Shown here: in pieces, positions 59,783-64,000 of the stretch
How positions within the stretch are numbered: position 1 is the first letter of the stretch
Layout of the letters: every line of letters starts with the position of its first letter
NCBI GenBank assembly: GCA_049317985.1
Contig: JBMOHF010000002.1
Location: 29,752 to 93,751, forward strand
DNA from: Patescibacteria group bacterium
GTDB taxonomy: Bacteria; Patescibacteriota; Patescibacteriia; Patescibacteriales; UBA12465
Length of the DNA stretch: 64,000 nt
Direction: 5' to 3'
The notes under the pieces: model-generated
Told to the model about the DNA's origin: nothing
Databases searched by the model: none
What the model saw: only the letters and a program-made list of their open reading frames with translations
Position numbers and translations under genes: made by a program

Positions 59783-61474
59783 TTAATAAATAAACCAAGC
59801 GTTGCTTGCACCAGAACAATAAATATCCACACTATTATAAGCCGAACTTAAAACCAGAGTCGACGTACCAGAAATACTCCCCGAAGTTGGGGTGATGGTG
59901 ATTTTGTTGGCCGTTGAAACACTTCCGCTTTCATCGCTAACAGTCAGGATTCGACCAGCTGTGCAAACGGCAGCAGGAATTGTCACCACTCTTGGCGCAC
60001 TGATACTAGTATAAGCAATTAAGCGTGAAGTTGTGGTTGCGGAATAATTCGCATCAGCAACTGGTGTTCTGGCAATACTCAAGGTGTTAAGGGTTATTGC
60101 TGAATCAAAATACAGTTTATTAACCGCATCTCCGTCAAATAAAGGATTGGCGACGTTGCCAATTCGATTATTGTTAACATCCAGAGCATAATTACTAATT
60201 GCGTTCGCCAAGACCAAGCTAGCCGTCACCGGAGTAGTTGTTCCAATTCCAATACTGCCGCTGTCGTTAATAAAAATACGATTATTTCCACTGCCATCGG
60301 TGATTAAGACATGATTGGATAAGCCATCTGTTAAAGAAGCATTTGCCCCGATAACCGTGTTATTGGAGCCACTCATAAATGAATTTAATGAGTTATAACC
60401 AACCACTGTGTTGTTCAGACCCTCGACGAAACTAGATAATGCGCTATAGCCGATTACTGTATTATTATCATCATTATCTGAGTCGTACATGTGAGATGTT
60501 CCCATACTTTGTAAGGTATAGTTGCCAATTGACACGTTGTGAGCGCCATAGAGGCCATACTTCATTGCTCGATAACCTATCGCGACGTTATCATATCCAG
60601 CATCATTATCTCCCAGGGCGTCCGAGCCAATTGCTGTGTTTTTGTTTCCAGCACCAACCCCCTCAAAACCAGCCTGTACACTTGATACAGTTTTTACCGC
60701 ACTAAGTGCGCCAGCCCCCACAGCTGTATTGTCAGAGCCCATCGGAGAGGCTTGCAAAGCACCATACCCCAAAGCGGAATTATTCACACCGTCAGTATTA
60801 CCATATAAAGCATTAGAGCCAAAAGCGACTAATCCTGTACCTGTCGTATTGTTTGCGAGAGCTGCGTGGCCAACGGCGGTATTATAACCGACCGTGGTTA
60901 ACTTGAGAGCTTGATAACCAATTGCTACACTACCATATGCACCAACACTCGAGCTGAGCGCTTCGCTACCAACCGCCACGTTCTCTAAACCAGTAGTTGA
61001 AGCAAGGGCACGATAGCCAACCGCCACATTATTTATAACTGATGGACCAGCCATCATCGATTGATAACCGATAGCGGTGTTATATAATCCATTGGTTAAA
61101 GAATAAAGAGATTGAAACCCAAGTGCAACATTACTTGCTCCAGAGTTTAACGAATAAAGTGATTGATAACCAAAGGCGGAATTCCATCTGCCCGTTGTGC
61201 TGTTTTGCAAGGCCTGATAACCAACTGCCGAGTTGTAGCTTCCCTGTGTACCAGTGCCAGATGAACTTTGCCCACCACCCCCGAGCCAAATATTAAAACC
61301 GTTAGCACCAGTTGCTTTATTGCTTGAAAAAAGTAATGAAGTTCCGTTTGTATTCACAGTAAGATTACCAAGAGCGAGCGCTGGTTTTGAATCTAAAAAA
61401 AATAAAGATAAACTGAAAATCACCAAAAGACAAACCGCTGACTTAATTATTTTTTTATTCATATATTTTGTCAT
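59783..61474 (-). CDS. Secreted adhesin/fibre-like protein with ~14-aa beta-solenoid repeats
   Basis: Signal peptide; many N(T/V)A(I/V)GYQ(A/S)L repeats, GIGTTTP, RIGNVANP..DGDAVNK.Y.D neck and a C-terminal beta domain. Confidence 0.8.
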   Translation of the reverse strand: MTKYMNKKIIKSAVCLLVIFSLSLFFLDSKPALALGNLTVNTNGTSLLFSSNKATGANGFNIWLGGGGQSSSGTGTQGSYNSAVGYQALQNSTTGRWNSAFGYQSLYSLNSGASNVALGFQSLYSLTNGLYNTAIGYQSMMAGPSVINNVAVGYRALASTTGLENVAVGSEALSSSVGAYGSVAIGYQALKLTTVGYNTAVGHAALANNTTGTGLVAFGSNALYGNTDGVNNSALGYGALQASPMGSDNTAVGAGALSAVKTVSSVQAGFEGVGAGNKNTAIGSDALGDNDAGYDNVAIGYRAMKYGLYGAHNVSIGNYTLQSMGTSHMYDSDNDDNNTVIGYSALSSFVEGLNNTVVGYNSLNSFMSGSNNTVIGANASLTDGLSNHVLITDGSGNNRIFINDSGSIGIGTTTPVTASLVLANAISNYALDVNNNRIGNVANPLFDGDAVNKLYFDSAITLNTLSIARTPVADANYSATTTSRLIAYTSISAPRVVTIPAAVCTAGRILTVSDESGSVSTANKITITPTSGSISGTSTLVLSSAYNSVDIYCSGASNAWFIY

Positions 61475-61536
61475 TTAATTCTTTAATCTAATTATAGCAC
61501 TAACAAAGGGCAACAACAACTTTTTTTGTGTGACAA

Positions 61537-62943
61537 TTACCGACTCAAATAACGATATCCCAGGTTATTAAGATGGCTAAAATAAGGCGAAAAATCTCGA
61601 TCATTATTTTTCTGAAACTTTATTCGCCAAAAAAGTTCGTTCCCGTTTTTATCGGGAAAACTAAGTTCTTTATCCAAATCAGTCCCCAACCAGTCTAGTT
61701 CATTGTTTGAAAGCTGAATCAGCGGACTATTAACACTGAACCCCAGATTTAATCCAAGACCAGAAGCGACAGCGCCTCGAACTAAATATTTTTTTTCGTT
61801 AACATTTTTTGAGACAACTAGACGATCAAAAGAATTATCAAAACCCAAGTCGAAAAAACGCCAAATTTCTGCTTTTTTCTGATTTTCATTATGAACTAAA
61901 AAGTGCAAAGTCCTTGTTTCATTTTGCAGATCAAAAGTTATAAATATTGACTGTGGCTGAGGATTAATTGAATTAAAAATTGAACTGAGATCAACGATAC
62001 CCTGAAGATCTTCCGTTCCGTTCTGCCATAATTTTAAGAAATGGGCACCTGTTTGGTTAGCACCAGCGATATACCAAAAAATTCCTGCTTCATCCTGCAC
62101 CCGAGTCACCTGAGGTAGAAAACCCCCAGCCGTCACCCGGAGACCAAAAAACTCAGAAACATCTCGACCAATTTTATTTTTAAAATGATAAGCCATTCCC
62201 TCGTAGCCGGAATAAAGAAACAAAAAGTCATCTTCTTGTCCACCAAATCCCAAAAAACCATTAGCACGACCAAATTTTGTTTGTCCACTTAAAGAAGTTC
62301 CCTCGCCAATCAATGGGCTAAAAGAAGTTCCATCGAAGAGAAAAAGAGCTAAACTTTCTTGTCCGTTGAAATTAATAATTGCCCCAATCAACCAAGTTTT
62401 TTCAAAAGCATAAATTGCTAATTTTTTTATTCTTTTTTCGGATAACTGTTTTGGCAAAGCCAAATTTTCACCTTTTAGAGAAAGGCTGTTTCCGTTTACC
62501 ACCAAACAATCATTGCCAATACAAGCTTCGGAATAATTAATTTTTTGTGTACAATTAGCGGACCCAGAAACACAAGTTTTTTCTTTGAAAAAAGTATATT
62601 TTGGCGGAAAAATTAGAGCACCAACACTTGTATCCAAAAACATTGTTGTTTCATCCAGATTAAGCCAAGCATCACTTGTAAAACTATCCCCAAAAGAATT
62701 ACGCGACAAAACTTCTAGCGCTGAATTTTCTTCTGAAGATAAATATGGATTAATTACTCCTTGAGCTAATTGATCGGTATTTTTTTGTTCCAGTGTTGAT
62801 TGCTGTTTGTCATAATTATCCGTTAAGGCGAAAAATCCAATAACGACAAACACGAACAAAACACCAGAGAGCAAAGAAAAATAGATTCTACGAAAAGAGT
62901 AGTTTATTTTTTTTCTAGTTGTGCTTTTTTGAGTTCTTTGCAT
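61537..62943 (-). CDS. Hypothetical membrane-anchored extracellular protein
   Basis: 468 aa ORF with N-terminal TM and a beta-rich body. Confidence 0.7.
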   Translation of the reverse strand: MQRTQKSTTRKKINYSFRRIYFSLLSGVLFVFVVIGFFALTDNYDKQQSTLEQKNTDQLAQGVINPYLSSEENSALEVLSRNSFGDSFTSDAWLNLDETTMFLDTSVGALIFPPKYTFFKEKTCVSGSANCTQKINYSEACIGNDCLVVNGNSLSLKGENLALPKQLSEKRIKKLAIYAFEKTWLIGAIINFNGQESLALFLFDGTSFSPLIGEGTSLSGQTKFGRANGFLGFGGQEDDFLFLYSGYEGMAYHFKNKIGRDVSEFFGLRVTAGGFLPQVTRVQDEAGIFWYIAGANQTGAHFLKLWQNGTEDLQGIVDLSSIFNSINPQPQSIFITFDLQNETRTLHFLVHNENQKKAEIWRFFDLGFDNSFDRLVVSKNVNEKKYLVRGAVASGLGLNLGFSVNSPLIQLSNNELDWLGTDLDKELSFPDKNGNELFWRIKFQKNNDRDFSPYFSHLNNLGYRYLSR

Positions 62944-63038
62944 TGCTAAGAAGTTTAAATCTTAAGAATATTATAGCAACAATAAAAAATCCCCGCAAAA
63001 TAATCGCCGGGATTTTTTTCACTGACTTAAGATTTAAT

Positions 63039-63695
63039 TTATTTAACAATCATTGCACCAACTTCACCGCGACTTTTGTGTCCGGGAACAGTGCAAGAAA
63101 AAGCATATGTCCCGGCTTTAGTTGGGGCATTAAAAGAAATCGCTCGAGTTTCGCTTGGAGCAACACCCATAGCAACAGACTGAAGGCTAACGTCATCAAA
63201 AACCATCACGTGAGAATAACCATCAACAGAACTCAAAGAAATTGTTAAAGATTTACCGGCCGCAACGGTGAAAGTTTTTGGAGAAAAACCAGAAGTGGAG
63301 GCACCAATTTGAATCACATCTTTAGAAAGATTTTTCGCATCAACTGGTAAAGTTTGGCGAGGAGCTTCGGGAGCCATTGGGGCAGCATCGTTTTTCACTG
63401 GCTTCCCTTCTGGCGTTAAAACTACTCCGGTTTTGGAAATTGGATTTGCACCAGGAACAACGGTAGTGGCGGTCTTCAAAATTTCTGGCATATTTGGATC
63501 AACAACTGGTTTTTTTGTGCCATCCGGGGTTGGTGTATTAGTATCTGCACTTTGCTGTTTTTCTGATTGAGAAACAGAAATTGGTTTTTGCATTGAGGAT
63601 GCCCAAATCGCCGCAACAAAGATGACGATCAAGACCAAGCCCAAAACAAAATAAACATTTTTACCTTTTTTCAAGGTCGGCGTTTCGTTTGGCAT
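63039..63695 (-). CDS. Membrane-anchored cupredoxin-domain protein
   Basis: TM, Pro-rich linker, FSP..FTV..G, H, and G.Y.F.CTVPGH...G..G motifs. Confidence 0.85.
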   Translation of the reverse strand: MPNETPTLKKGKNVYFVLGLVLIVIFVAAIWASSMQKPISVSQSEKQQSADTNTPTPDGTKKPVVDPNMPEILKTATTVVPGANPISKTGVVLTPEGKPVKNDAAPMAPEAPRQTLPVDAKNLSKDVIQIGASTSGFSPKTFTVAAGKSLTISLSSVDGYSHVMVFDDVSLQSVAMGVAPSETRAISFNAPTKAGTYAFSCTVPGHKSRGEVGAMIVK

Positions 63696-63784
63696 ATTAA
63701 GTCTTTTCCCTCTTAACTTGGTAGTCATTTGATTTTTAATAAATCAAATCTATCAAAAGCGGCGGAGGAACAAATTATTTTTTC

Positions 63785-64000
63785 TTATTTAAAATTAAGA
63801 ATGAAACTAGGTTTTTCCTGTTGATTAATTGCTCTGGTTGGCCAGGAACGCCAATCAAAACGGCGACCAGTTAAACGATAGGAGATATCAGCTCGACGAT
63901 CAGAGCGGAAAATTAATTTACTACCATCTATTATATAATAAATGCTGGCTTTTGTCCCAGAAGGAGTGGCGACCACCTCAACGTTATCGTTGTTGAAATC
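63785..64000 (-). CDS. C-terminal part of a hypothetical protein (starts beyond window)
   Basis: The frame is open to the window edge: DFNNDNVEVVATP...SYRLTGRRFDWRSWP. Confidence 0.6.
   Translation of the reverse strand, partial: DFNNDNVEVVATPSGTKASIYYIIDGSKLIFRSDRRADISYRLTGRRFDWRSWPTRAINQQEKPSFILNFK

Overview
A 64 kb stretch of AT-rich bacterial chromosome, almost entirely coded on the minus strand and using standard code 11 (TGA is a stop). Gene content and style suggest Patescibacteria/CPR (Parcubacteria/ABY1-like); this is an inference. Core genes: mreBCD, proS, tyrS, ileS, gatCA, ruvA, secA, hpf, rseP, frr, holB, ligA, lepB and lemA-htpX. There are three intact tRNAs: Gly-CCC, Arg-CCG and Ser-GGA. 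Accessory content includes a polysaccharide/glycosylation locus (28-37 kb), a pflA-acd-pflB fermentation locus interrupted by a mobile-mystery-protein HTH/Fic pair, a giant Fn3 surface protein, a secreted-fibre/signal-peptidase cluster, and several stand-alone orphan genes with their own promoter and terminator. Most unusual signals: (1) a miniature island at tRNA-Ser with three copies of the tRNA 3' end, one built into a highly structured non-coding element that splits the T-loop sequence; (2) a degenerate alanine-identity tRNA-like element with a 20-nt palindrome inserted in its acceptor stem, followed by an ORF-less promoter-terminator unit; (3) orphan secreted proteins with Bacteroidota-style signal peptides (Gln at +1), one next to a pyroglutamyl peptidase; (4) candidate operators and sRNAs; (5) a peptidase E gene broken by one in-frame stop, and a DsbA-fold protein lacking CxxC. 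No CRISPR array, rRNA, transposase, integrase or reverse transcriptase was seen. All calls were made by eye, without database searches.
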